Shown one piece after another: positions 1 to 12,833 of a DNA stretch of 64,000 nt (positions are counted from its first letter, which is position 1; each line of letters begins with the position of its first letter). This DNA comes from Nemertoderma westbladi. Its lineage: Eukaryota; Animalia; Xenacoelomorpha. A program made the position numbers and the translations under genes. The notes under the pieces are model-generated. The model was not told the DNA's origin, ran no database searches, and saw only the letters and a program-made list of their open reading frames with translations. The stretch covers positions 1-64,000 of the forward strand of contig JAUCBJ010008528.1 in NCBI GenBank assembly GCA_032718475.1, in the 5' to 3' direction.

Positions 1-2170
1 TACCTAAAGAGGTGAGGTCTCTATAGGGGTGCTTTCAACAGGCGGCGGCGGACTCGTGAGGGTCTGGGGGCACGTTAAACATGAGCTCTTATAGTGCAAG
101 GGAGTCACTGAAGGCCCTCGTGTCTAGCGAACCATGAATTGCCATGGTGCCGTGGTACCGTCTAGTCGGCCTGTTGCCGTACTGCCAGTCCTGTACACAG
201 TAGGGGTGGTGGCATGGCGTGATTTGTGGTTCATGTGGTGTGAACTGTGTTTTGTATGTGGGCGACCAGTGGCAGTTAGCTTTGGGGCTTGGATGTGTGC
301 CATTGACCGTCAGCTGTTCCGTTTTTTTGATACTATATGTTATTGTCTCCATGTTCAGCTGATTGGTCTTTGGAGTGTGTTTAGGTCTGAGATGAGCTTT
401 CTGTTGCTGTGGGTATGTGAGTATACGTGATTGTATGTATGGCCACTGCGAGTGAGTGTGGGAAACCTTGCCAGTTGGTCCAGACGCCGCTGGTATTAGT
501 AGGACCATACTTTACTGCGCCCTAGCATACTTTGTGCACACAAAGTTATTTTGCCCTGACGGCAAAATAAGGTACTCTCGACTCTTTTATGAGTCGATAC
601 AATTTTGTCCCCTCTGATTTTGTCCCTCTCGATTTTGACCCCGATTTTGTCTTTCCCGATTATGTCTTCTGTGTGTGCATGGTATGTGTCAGATTTCGTG
701 TTTACCGTAGTGTACTTGATATTGTGAACATCTGTTGAGTACACGTGTATAGGACTGGTAAGTGGTTACTTGTTCCTAGCTTTCGAGCTAGTCAGTATTG
801 TTTGCGGAACTTACTTCCCCTCAATACTGCCGGCGAGGCGGGTGAAAACGTGTCAAAATTCCATGTTGGGTAGCGCAAGCCCACATGGGACAAGACCGTC
901 GGTTAGGCCCAAGGGCGACCTTGGTGCTCGATCGCTATCGACTGGTCCACCTGCCGGTTGACTCTTTGTTATACTTGGAGTTGGCTCAATGTACAGTCAG
1001 GCCACAGTAAGTTGACAGTAGCCGCCCATCTGGCTACACGTTCGACGAGCTGTGCTGGTGTGATTGGGGGACCGAAAACAGAACCCGGGAAGCATCAGGC
1101 CACCCTCCGGCCCGGTCTGATAATAACATCTGTCGGACTGGCCCCAGGGGTGGTGGAAAGGTGTCCGCCTCGTGGGTGCACCTCGGGGAGGAGCCCAGAA
1201 GGACACAAGCGGATCTTGCACACACACCCAGACGTGCAAAACAAAGTGCGCACAGTCACTGTGAAAATTAGGTGCAAGTGTCCGCACCCAAAAAAGTGTA
1301 AAACTAATGGTTTACACACCTTGGACCGACCGGTCCAAGATATTGTGTTATTAGAGGAGACACGTATCGAGACGGGAGATTATAATTTGTCTCCTGCCTC
1401 AAAACTGAATTAGTGTTGGACGCAACTCACTTCGTATGCATTCCTCGTATGCAAATACAAGGAAATGCATAGGAGCGGGGTTGTGGTGATTTGCGTTGAG
1501 TTTTGTCTGGTGGGTATCAAAACAAAAATTTTATTTTCAAAATTTTTGGAAAATTAGAAAATTTTAAAAATTAGAAGTGAACCCAAGACAATTCCAGACG
1601 CTGTGTATAGACGCGTTTTAGAATTCGTCTATAGATAACAGTAATTTGAAAAGTCGTGAAGCCTGGAAAATAGCATTTAGAAACCATGGTGACGGCTATA
1701 TTACGTAGGAGTGTAAATTGAGTTTAGCAACTTCCACAGATTGGTGCCAACAGTGCAACTAAGGTGCTAAAGGTTAGTAGCACCAGAGGCGTGCACGGAC
1801 CCCACTCAGTAGTTTGCAGGATGTGTGATGTTCGATTATCAAACCTGTGGGTTTGGTATAGTCGAGTATTGTGGCTATGGTCCTTTCTAACTACTGTAGT
1901 TTAGTACGAGTAATGGGAGTAGTTTGGGCATCAAAAAGTGAGTTGGTCACGGCCAGTTTATCTCCAAAGTTTTTGCGCTATGCATGGGAATAGGTTAGAG
2001 GATAGTTAGTTAGGAAGAGACGGGATCTAGAGAGTCGAACCTGAACTGCTGGAAGGCGGGGGGGGTTCGGGAGGTCTGTCCTTCGGCGACATCTAACTGA
2101 TTTACCCACAGTGTAGTTGGTTACGTAACGGCACTTATTGGGATATATATATGTATATACGCGTAACATA

Positions 2171-3022
2171 ATGGAGAGGGATATTAGAGCGCAACCGCGC
2201 AGAGGATTTACTGCCAGAGAGGAGGCGGAGCTACCATTCGCGCGACCGGGATGTAAAGACTCTAACGTTTACTACCATGGGCGGTCCGTGATGGAGCTGA
2301 ACGGAAAGTACAAGCCAAGTTATGATAAAGAATTACGGAGAGAAAGAATGAGAGCGTTGGGGGACCGGATGGAAGTTTTGCGGAGAGAGTATCGCACGCG
2401 GTATCCCTACGACTTTGCTTTGGACGTGTGCGACATTAGCGCAGATCCGGACGAGGAAATCGCACGACTATACCATATGAATATGTATTTACGACATGAG
2501 GAGCCTCTACCTGCAGTCCGAGACCAGTTCGACGGAATGCACCTGTATCGGAGGACTCGAGGCGAGGATCAGGAGACGCCGAAAGTCTTCAGCGTATACA
2601 AGTGTGGTGAATGCATGAATAAACAGGACGTGGCGATTCCCGACCGATTAGACGAGCAACATTCGGAACCGATATTAACGCGATGTCCAGCTCACCAATT
2701 CCTTAGATATAACGAGGGAGGTTACCCGATGAGCAACCCGATGATCAGTATCGACTTCAGCGGAAAGCGACCTCCGAGACCCATTACGCCGACCGTTACG
2801 ACACTAGATCCGTATACGGAGATTAAACCCTGTTCGACACCCAGTTTGATAGAGACGGCAGCGGCCATTTCGCTATACCGAGCCTATAAGGACCTAGAGG
2901 CGCGGCGCGAAGCGGCACGGGACTCGAGTTCCTGGACCATGTTCACTTCGCTTCACCAGGAGAGGAAGCTCACGCCTGAGTATCCAGACGAGATTCGCGC
3001 CGTCCATCCGTCTACTAACTAG
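2171..3022 (+). CDS. Orphan ORF (~283 aa from ATG 2171), function unknown
   Basis: Longest clean ORF in the first 10 kb; contains CGEC and RCPAH (possible metal ligands); no family recognised. Confidence 0.4.
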   Translation: MERDIRAQPRRGFTAREEAELPFARPGCKDSNVYYHGRSVMELNGKYKPSYDKELRRERMRALGDRMEVLRREYRTRYPYDFALDVCDISADPDEEIARLYHMNMYLRHEEPLPAVRDQFDGMHLYRRTRGEDQETPKVFSVYKCGECMNKQDVAIPDRLDEQHSEPILTRCPAHQFLRYNEGGYPMSNPMISIDFSGKRPPRPITPTVTTLDPYTEIKPCSTPSLIETAAAISLYRAYKDLEARREAARDSSSWTMFTSLHQERKLTPEYPDEIRAVHPSTN

Positions 3023-6000
3023 ACCCACGATCCGCGGTTTATACGATATTTACTCCAAATTATTTCGGGAAGTTTCGACGAACGCATTATTAAGCCCGAA
3101 TATGTCCAATCCTTTATATATCATCGTCGCTCTGATATATACGTCTAGATTTATTACCCAGCGCACAATTGGCGGCCTAAGGAGACTCGTTTGGGGTCAT
3201 TGACCTCTGAACGAGTGGAGGATCAGGACCGCCGCGCCCACAGCGACAACAGCCGGAGCTCACAGCTCGCGGCAAGTACCAGAAGGAGGAGTCCTTGGCA
3301 AGCGTCAAGCCAAGGACGAGCAGCTCCATTCTATAGTTGAAGAAAGAGGAGTTGGCGGAGGCGCCCACAGGGACACGGCAAATGGGACGAGGCCGAGGGA
3401 GGAGCACCAGTCGGGAGATAGTCGGTGCCCAGGGAACGTCGTCGCCGGTTCCGGGAAGTGACGCCTCAAGGACGCCGTCAACAGAGTCTACAGGGGGTAG
3501 ACTGGTGTATCTGGAGAGGGGAGCGAGCCCGAGAGACCCAGGAGCTAGCCGATGAGACTATAATATCACAGAGCGACAGACTCTAGACATATACATCATC
3601 GTCGCTCTGATGTATATCGTAGGTTTGATAAACATTCGACTGGACTCATAAACACTAGTCGTATCCATATTTTAGAATTTTATTTTCGAAGGCGAAAAAT
3701 ATTGAAAGGAAATAATTTTATTTTATAGTCCGTTGGAAATATGATTTTGAGCCTATATTATATTTGATTTTGTGTATATGACTTTATTTGCTCTAAAGTT
3801 TATTGAAAGAGGCAAAGGAAGTGATTGGGGAGACAAACCCGCGGGTTTGGCTTACTCCTATCACTTACCTGAGCAATCATCAAACCAAGGTGATTTGCGT
3901 TTTTTATAAGAAATTAAGTAAAGTCCGAAAATGAAAGAAATTATTACGTATTTTATATTTAATTTGATTATCGGCCTTTAATGCAATTTAGTTAAAAATT
4001 TAGCCTCAAATACGTTTATATTTAGTTTATCTTGTTAATGTTGATCGTTAATTTGAGATGGGAAATGGGGGACATTGTCCTAGCCATGTTCCATTTCAAT
4101 ATGTAGACCGTTAATTTGTAAATAAATAAAGGAAGTAATATTTTGTAAATTTAATTTTGTATGTAGTAATCATTATGTAGTAAGAATGAACGAGAAACAA
4201 TATTTTGTAAATTTAATTTGTATGTAATAATCGTTAAACAGTGAGAGAGATAATATTTTGTAAATTTAATTTGTATGTAATTCATTATGCAATATCTATG
4301 GCAATATTTGTAAATAGTAGAATTATTATGTTATTTAGATTGGTTGGAAGAAATTTATTTTATTTTGTATACATCACCTTATACTCTTCTACAATTGGAG
4401 GGAAACATTATATGATTTCCCTTGGAGCGGTGTTACGGTATATGGCGCTGTATCCACAGTATTAGTCCATTATGCAGTATGCAATATTAGTCCGTTATAC
4501 TGTACGTAATATTAGTCCGTTGTGCAGCATGATATTTTAGATAAGGCATAATAACGCAGTGGTATTTATGTAAGGAAGTTAAAACGCCCATATATTTTGC
4601 ATCCATTCATTTGTATAGTATGTAGCTCTACCTACGTAATTTTGTATTAGGTTATATGTAGATAGTTCCAGGGTAAGTTTATTCGGACCCTGGATTCCGT
4701 GCTTGCTGATATTAGCTTTAGTAGGGCTAGCATATAGGGACGCCGTCCTGGCCATTCAGCAGCCAGAGACGTGAACCATTACCATATATGGTAATAATTC
4801 GAGGAAAGGGAGCAAATAGGGCTACAATCCGGCCTCCTTATTGGACTAGCTGCTTCCAGGTTGGTCTAGTGCTAGCACGGACTGGAGAGCCAATAAGAAA
4901 GCGATTGAGTCACCCTATTGCATCATCCCATCCGGATCACCTATAAATTGGCGGTGTGCCGGTAGAGCCTATCATCAATCTGTCACATGATACACCCCTG
5001 TTACAATTTACTTGCTGAGCTGTCTCTAATTTTGTATTTTTCTGCAATTTGCTAATTTTGATTAATTTCTTGGAATGATTTGCTAGTGCGATTACTTTGC
5101 TTGTGTTTCTCAATAATTCCTTCGATTACTGCAAATTACAATCGAACTATGATTTCTACCTTTGATTGATGGTTCTATGTGATTCTTTTCTGCGCAATAA
5201 TCCCAAGGGATTCCTGAAACTGTCAGACTTTGTGATTTGCATGCGCCGCTACGGTAGCTATTAGCGTAATGGAGGGCTAAGGTGCCAGTGGGCGGTGGGC
5301 GCATCGGGGGGTTGAGCGACTAGGAGAGAGCGGAGGATTCAAAGCGGGCAACGCTGGCCAGAGTCACCGTTGCGGGCGGGTAACTTGCACTGCGGCACGC
5401 AGACCGATCGCCGGAACAGTATCTAGGGGGCTGATGATCCAGGTTTTGTCTCTATTTAGTATTAGGGGGGCAGGAATTGGGTTAGTTAGGAATCCTAGAT
5501 GTACCCGGGAGAGGCCTGCGCGTATTAAAACGTTGAGTGTGGAGTACGAGTAGTGAATTGCACAATTGTAAACTGTGATTTCTAACGCTGATTGGTGTGT
5601 TATTGAAGTGTGCCTAAGATTACGAATGCTTAGATAGGCGCTCTTTTCCTTTGATTGATTTCTATTTCTTAGTTACAATAATTAGTTATTGATTAGGTCA
5701 AAGTAATACGGCAAATTAGGCTATTACTAGCGAAACCTGTTGCGTGATAAATTAGAATTACGTATTCTGGAACTCTTAGTAATTAGTACGCTGTTAAATA
5801 TTTGTGACTGTAATTAATTAGTAAAAAATTAAGAATTAGTACGCAGCATAGCGGAGAGTAGCTAAGGTAATAATTAGTGTACTGTAAACTATTCACGCTG
5901 AGCGGTTATTTGCATTAGCGGGCAATCAGCTAGAACGCACTATTCGGTACGCACGATACGCTAGTAAATTTGCTGGCCTAAAGCCAGTCGCGGGCAGTTT

Positions 6001-8098
6001 TAGACTCGGGTGGTATTATCCACGTAGAAACAGATACTGTACCATTTTGATATTTTAAATATTCTCGCATTCACACATTACGTTAGGGAACCTCCAGTAT
6101 TCGCGATTAGAAAGACGTAGGTAATAGCGTGCTTTAATAGTGATAAAATTAGGCGTAAGAATACTCTGAGTGCAAGGCCTCTCGCACTCGTCTTAAGTAA
6201 GCTTAGGGAGCCGACTCGGGTTTATTGTTTTGGTTATTCCCGCGTGGCTCATAGATTCGAACAGTTAGCTCTCTATCGAGCGATCGGTAGAGAAAGGAAC
6301 AAGCGATTTTGCAGGAGTAGTGTAAAATTAGTAAAATATATTAGTGGACGGCAGATTAGCGCCATCTAACGGTAAGTAGCGGTTTTGTATTTAGCAACCC
6401 TTACAATTTAGTAATAGCACGCTCCTGATCCCCTTTACTTAACAGTAGAGCAGTCTTTGTGTCTTATTGGTTAGACGAGAACTTATTAGGTTGGCAGAAG
6501 GATATTAACGGGTATTGGTCTGTTCAACAGTTCTGCTGTTAGTATAGAGGTCGCGGTTGTTTATCACTAGGTTCTGACACAACCACTGCAGGGGTTGCCC
6601 TTCTTACAGTATGAGGGGTTTCAGACCTCGGTCTGGGATTCTCTACATTTTGATCTGAGAAACGGGCTGTTGTTTCTAGGAGACTATCTGACAGAGTTTG
6701 CCTTGTGTCAGCCATGTTTGATTGTACAGTTGAATGCCTACTGCTATAAATACAGTTAAAGCAAGTCTAGTAATTCAGTATCACTGTTAGCCTAATAATT
6801 AATTACCGATACTGCTACTCAGTGTAGCGTGATATATATATAATATATTAGAATACCGGTATGCTTATAGTATATATATAAGTATTATTACAGACTAGAT
6901 TTGTCACAGAGTACCGGTATATAAATTTAGCACAAATATATATAAATATATAATAGGCCTATCGTGAATACCGGTATACAGCTGACACTTATAGTATATA
7001 TAAGTATAATTATTACAGACTAGAATTAATTACAGAATACCGGTATGATTTCAGCTCAAATTTATAGAAATAAATATAATAAGCCTATGGTAAATACCGG
7101 TATGTCAATTATTTTAGAATAATTGAATTTCTGAATATTTTAGGGTTACTTGGTTACTTTAACTTACTTTGTTACCGTTATTTAAGCAGTAGTCCAACTG
7201 ATATTGAGACCTAGTTGTTGTATGGCAAGCCTACTATTTATAAATCGTTTGAGTTGATTTATAATAGATATATACCCGTTTAAAAAAGGGGTTTTTTCAA
7301 TATTTGAAATAAATGTTATTATTTCTGGGGGAGTCACTACACAGAAGCTGTACGCTCTCAGTGGAGTGCTACTTATGGGACACTAAAACAGATTATTCTA
7401 ATTTACCTAAGTTACTTAATACTACAAATTACTTACGATATGGGTGAGATTAAATCTCTACTTAAATACAACAAAAATATTACGTACGAATTTTTAGGGT
7501 AATTTTACAGGAAGTCTACAAACCAGTCTAACTAAGGGTTAGAATTCGGTTTATTACAACGGACAGGGTACTACGGTATTTGGAAAATAATAAGTAGTAG
7601 TAAATACACTGCGTTGTCCAGATAGGAAAATACCACCGCCTGACGACCTATAACTGTATCGCTATAGGTACTACGTTATGTATCACGGAGTGTTCCTACC
7701 TAGAAGTTAATTACCGCGGACTACCAGATCCAGCATGCCTATTAACCACTTTACAACACAAATATACTGCCTACACACTAATTACCTTCGGAAAGCACTG
7801 TACACTAAACCCTAAATTAGGTACAAGTACTGGTACAACAAATAATCAGTAGTTAAATATACTTGAACAGTTAAAAGAACCACGGCATCTGCTGGAGTGA
7901 CCGAAGCACAAAGTCACCAGTCTTTTCCTACGCCAAGCAGCCCGTGTAGTACCGGGGTTAATTTAACTATAACGGTATGTGTAACAAACACAATTACTGT
8001 AGGAATAAACTTGGGGACATGAATGTTGCGAATAATCGCATAAACTCTGAATAATAAATATTACGCTACCCGTACAGAATACTCAAACAAAATACAAA

Positions 8099-8570
8099 CC
8101 AAACGCTGGCAGACTACCACCAAGCCTAAGTAAACTACAGTATGTGTAGATTCCAAAATGGTTAGTTAGTATGCGTTCTAACACGGTAGTACGACTTATT
8201 CTTTAAGAGGGGATTGACCTTACAGCTATGGCTGCCCCAACTTACTAACTGGCACTCTATCGGACAAACTCTACACACGCAGCAATCTCTTCAGACCTAA
8301 TAATAGCTAGACAACAATCCAGCCTACAAAATATCTGAGTAATAACTATTACGGTACCTGAACAGACCACACAAACAAACACAGGCCAAAACGCTGGCAG
8401 AGTACTGTCAAGCCTAAATAAACTACAGTATGTGCAGATTCCAAAATGGTTAGTTAGTATGCGTTCTAACACGGTAGTACGACTTATTCTTTAAGAGGGG
8501 ATTGACCTTACAGCTATGGCTGCCCCAACTTACTAACTGGCACTCTATCGGACAAACTCTACACACGCCG
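8099..8570. repeat. Direct duplication, period 288 bp, ~190-bp near-identical core
   Basis: gttagttagtatgcgttctaacacggtagtacgac...tctacacacgc occurs at 8161 and 8449. Confidence 0.9.
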
Positions 8571-10148
8571 TAATCTCTCCAAACCCAACAACAATCCGAC
8601 AACAGTCCGGCCTACAGTTATCTGAGCAATCTGAGCAGACTTACACGTCTTCAGCTCAATATTAACTTACTAGGAAATAAAACTGACAGAAATAAGTAAA
8701 CTATACAAAAGAATGAGGGGTGATCAATCCCTATTCCCCTGGCAGCCTACAATATACAATAGATCACAATCGAAATAATACTAATGTACTTATACTGGAA
8801 GTACCGGTTAGGACAGTTGGGCCTACGGACCTACAGAAGTACCGGTTCAGGTTTACCGGTCGACCGGTACTTTCAACTTTGTTGCTTACTGCAATAAAGT
8901 CAATAACTGTTATTGTACGCGCTTTTGAAGACCTTTAGCAGTTTAACCTGCCAAAATTTATATGTCTTTTGGTTTATAAATAGACTTTAGAAGATGACAA
9001 ATATTTAATACCAATAAACACAACATTAGCAGAAGCCAGCCTAGTGCGCGTCCATTCACCCGCTGGATATACCCGGGAGACTGGATTCTGAGGGCTTAGA
9101 TTATTATTGCAGTGTAAGCTTACTGTATTGTATTATTCGATTGATCGTTAATAAATAATTTCTGACTAATATTATTCACTTTCGGGAAATATTAACAGTT
9201 CCTTTAGGACGTGGCGCTCTATCTAGGTAAACAGAGATATGACTTATACTAATCACAACGGCAAGTCGGTAAGGCTTATGATTCACGTATGAGGCGCATT
9301 CTTTAGGAAATGCTTAGTTATCAGTCACAATCATGCACACTACCGGTAACACACAATACTGCTCACTAATTTGCCGACCGTCAATGGATTTTATCATATA
9401 TAAAGCGAACAGCAATTGACTCATGTAGGCCTTATCAAATAGCATTAAATTCACTACAAACCACAATAATATAAGTCGCAATCGCTATATATAACCCGTC
9501 TCTCTAACCTGTAGTGTATCAAGAAAATTGGAAAATTTGGGTTCTTTATATATGTTCTCCAAATAATATTCAACCAAAACACAACAGTAAACAGCATTAA
9601 GACGGTAGGTTAAGATATGATATGACAATGTATGTGCCGATTGAGTCGATAACAGTTATACGCTCTATAATCTTAAGCCTACTAATGTTTCTTCTAAAGT
9701 ATGAAAACGAATTGACTCTAGAGCCGGTGTTCCTGGCCTAGATAGCAATGACACAACAGTATCACAAAAAACAGTAAGACTGAACACTTCTAGTATGATC
9801 GACCAAATATCTACACGTCGACAGAAAAAATCGCTCTGATTGGCTCAAGCCAAACAAAGAACCATGCGTCCAATGGCTGTTCCCATGTCAGCAACCAGCT
9901 GTTAGATGTCGTAATATGAATCATCAAGGCTAAGCTGTGTAAGGTATTTGGTGCATTGCAGGTTTTTTGCCTTACCATGTCCGCCAAAACACGTATATAG
10001 AAGAATGACTTTTATGTCCGTTAAAACACCTGTAACGGTACCTTGCGGGCGAGGGTAATATATATACAGTTAGAGAACCTTTTTAGAGTATTCCAGCGCC
10101 TGGGCGGAAACTGGATTGCGAAGCAAAAGGGGCCAGTTATATCCCACA

Positions 10149-10665
10149 GAAGCTTTTACAGGGAAATAATGTTTGGATAAAAATTTTACCGAAGCTTATT
10201 TTTGCTTATAATAGGTCATTTCATAGGACTATACAAATGACTCCCATTGAAGTTAATAAATTTAATGAAACTGAATTAATTAATAGATTATATGGGAAAT
10301 ATAGACAGATTAATCACAAGAAAATAAAATTTCAAGTTGGAGATACAGTACGTTTATCTATCGCGTGTACTGCTTTTGCTAAAGGCTATCGAGAACAATG
10401 GACACGTGAATTATTTATTATTCATCGGGTCAGATTGGATAGAGTACCAGCGGTAATGTTCGATATTAAGGACAGCGCTGGTGCTATAATAAATGGTTCA
10501 TTTTATTCATACTAACTCCAAAAGGTCCACCCGAGTAGTAATATTTATCTTCCGATTGACAAAAATATTGGCAAACTTAAAGAACGTGTGCGCAATGGGA
10601 AAAAAGAATATTTAGTCCGATTCATTGGATCCAAAAAACAGTCGTGGGTACAGCATATTCAATAA
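10149..10665 (+). pseudogene. Polinton retroviral-like integrase, C-terminal fragment with chromodomain-like tail
   Basis: WIKILPKLIFAYNRSFHRTIQMTP...KFQVGDTVRLS...FAKGYREQWTRELF...GSFYSY*LQKV...EYLVRFIG..SWV; in-frame TAA at 10513; DDE core absent. Confidence 0.9.
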
Positions 10666-10700
10666 GTTTAGGTTTATACTGTATATTAATTCATTGCGTG

Positions 10701-11123
10701 AATAATGGTCACATGTGACCGTAATTAATCAATATTAACTCTAATGATATTACTATACTATACTGTAAGTTTAATATCTATAGTTCATTCGCTTTAAATA
10801 AAGCCAGTAAAATATTGATCCCTCACATATACTGTAGAAGCGGTAATGAACGCGGTGACAGATGTCTATAATTTAACATTATACAGTATGTATAAGGAGT
10901 CAAGTAGAGAGAGCTTAAGCGAATAATGGTCACATATGATCGTAATTAATCAATATTAACTCGAATGATATTACTATGCTGTAAGTCTAATATCTATAGT
11001 TCATTCGCTTTAAATATTGATCTCTCGCATATACTGTAGAAACAATGAACGTGGTCACAGATGTCTATAGTTTAACATTATACAGTACAGTATGTACAAT
11101 GGAGTCAAGCAGAGAGAGCTTAA
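10701..11123. repeat. Diverged ~220-bp tandem duplication upstream of the capsid module
   Basis: gaataatggtcacat...gagagagcttaa begins at 10701 and at 10921. Confidence 0.9.
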
Positions 11124-11135
11124 ATAATAATAATA

Positions 11136-12005
11136 ATGGCTGTAGATACATATATCACTCTAGTTTCAGATAGCTCATTAAACACATACCCCAATAATAA
11201 CCCTAGCGAGTTTACTGTTGATTTAGCCGAAGAATTATATATTGGTTCAAACGCTAAAATTGGACTTGCCGAGATTCAATATCAAGCAACATACAGTAAT
11301 ATTACTTTGCAAACTCAAATCTCACTGTCAATTGGGGTAGATGCAAAAGATGCCAAATTATACAGTTTATTTCCTGGTATGCATAGCTCTATTCAAGTCA
11401 TTATTGATGATATAAATAAACTGTTTAATTCTGAAGCGAAATATAGAGATTTCGAATTCATTTTTAATACAAATAATTCTAGAATTAAATTTAAATTTCC
11501 TAAAAAGTTGAAAAAAATACAATTAAGTCTACGCGGTGATTTAATACAAATTCTAGGCTTAAAACAGTTATTGGATCAGAATCATCCAGGTATTCCGAAT
11601 TGGGATATATACAGTACCACTACAGTGGATGAATTAAGCAATATAGAACAGCCGATATTAATTTTAAATTATAGTGGACCAAAAATTTCAGAAATTGGGA
11701 TTTTAGATTTTCCAGATCCTACGAATATTACTCGTAATAAAGATACAATCTTCATATATACAGATATTATTGAGAGCTCTTTTGTTGGTGACGCTTTAGC
11801 TCCGCTCTTAAGAACCTGTCCTTTAACACAATTAAATCGAAAATATATTAATCACGAATACGAGAGCATTTGCTATTACTCATTGTTGAATAAAAAACTA
11901 AAAACAATCTTAATTACTTTACGTGACGGACAAGGTGAATTAATTAATTTCAACGGTGGTCGCACTGTTATAACACTTAAGTTAATATGCGGTGGAGATG
12001 GATGA
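11136..12005 (+). CDS. Polinton minor capsid protein (penton-like, PX), copy 1
   Basis: N-term YITLVSDSS..YPNNNPSEFTVDL..IGLAEI; C-term IFIYTDIIE..VGD..APLLR..ITLRDGQGELINF..VITLKL. Confidence 0.82.
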   Translation: MAVDTYITLVSDSSLNTYPNNNPSEFTVDLAEELYIGSNAKIGLAEIQYQATYSNITLQTQISLSIGVDAKDAKLYSLFPGMHSSIQVIIDDINKLFNSEAKYRDFEFIFNTNNSRIKFKFPKKLKKIQLSLRGDLIQILGLKQLLDQNHPGIPNWDIYSTTTVDELSNIEQPILILNYSGPKISEIGILDFPDPTNITRNKDTIFIYTDIIESSFVGDALAPLLRTCPLTQLNRKYINHEYESICYYSLLNKKLKTILITLRDGQGELINFNGGRTVITLKLICGGDG

Positions 12006-12832
12006 ATTCTATGTTAGGCTACCAAGTAACTCGTGTCCAATTGATTTTCCCCGTAATACCGGTAGTAATTATCAGATCAATTTCCATGGTGCCTTACCTA
12101 TAAATCCAAACGAAAACTGGGTGGTGGGTATAAAAAGTATATTTTACTTAGCCACGTTAACATCCATGTATAAAAATGTAGAGAATGTTATTTTATTAAA
12201 AAAAGGGAAAAAAAATTTTGAGGATACACTTCCATCCAGTTTGTTCTACAGTATTAATGACATTATAGATTATTTTAATACTGGGGCGTTGAAAGATAAA
12301 TTACAAATAGTTGAAAATGCTCAGCAAAATAGGTTGCAATTTATTTTAGGGAAAACTGTACGAGAGTTATTTATAGGTCAACAATTAGCCTATTATTTTG
12401 GAATTACTGAAAATAATCTCGGTGCGAATTTAAATCCAAATTTTAAAATTATTTTGAAGACGAAAAATAATATAAAGGGTTATTTAATAAAGATTATCGG
12501 AAATGAAGAAAAAGCTTACCAGAGGGTATTTTTATGTCCTCAACCACCCAATTCTATTCCAGAACCTAAGTCGATGAATATATTAATGATTGAATGAATA
12601 TATTAATGATTTTGGTTTAGCTTTACTTCGTCGCGTGGCGATACCTGATGACGTGAAATATGGTAGTGTAATAAATAAAGAATTTGCCAAGGATACAATT
12701 CATTATATCCATGTAAAAAAATCATATAAGATAACATACATTCATATTGAAATAACAGACAAAGAAGGAAAAGATTTGAATTTTGAATACGGTACAACTT
12801 CTATTACCTTACACTTTAAAAAAATAAATTAA
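11998..12832 (+). pseudogene. Polinton minor capsid protein, copy 2, frameshifted near 12590
   Basis: FYVRLPSNS...FPRNTGSNY...WVVGIKSIFY in ORF 11992-12597; LLRRV...IHIEITDKEGKDLNF..SITLHFKK in ORF 12590-12832. Confidence 0.78.
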
Positions 12833-12833
12833 A

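Noticed and set aside
1-1413. Short ORFs as gag/pol remnants
   Set aside because: No CCHC, protease, RT or integrase motifs recognised; no convincing PBS or PPT
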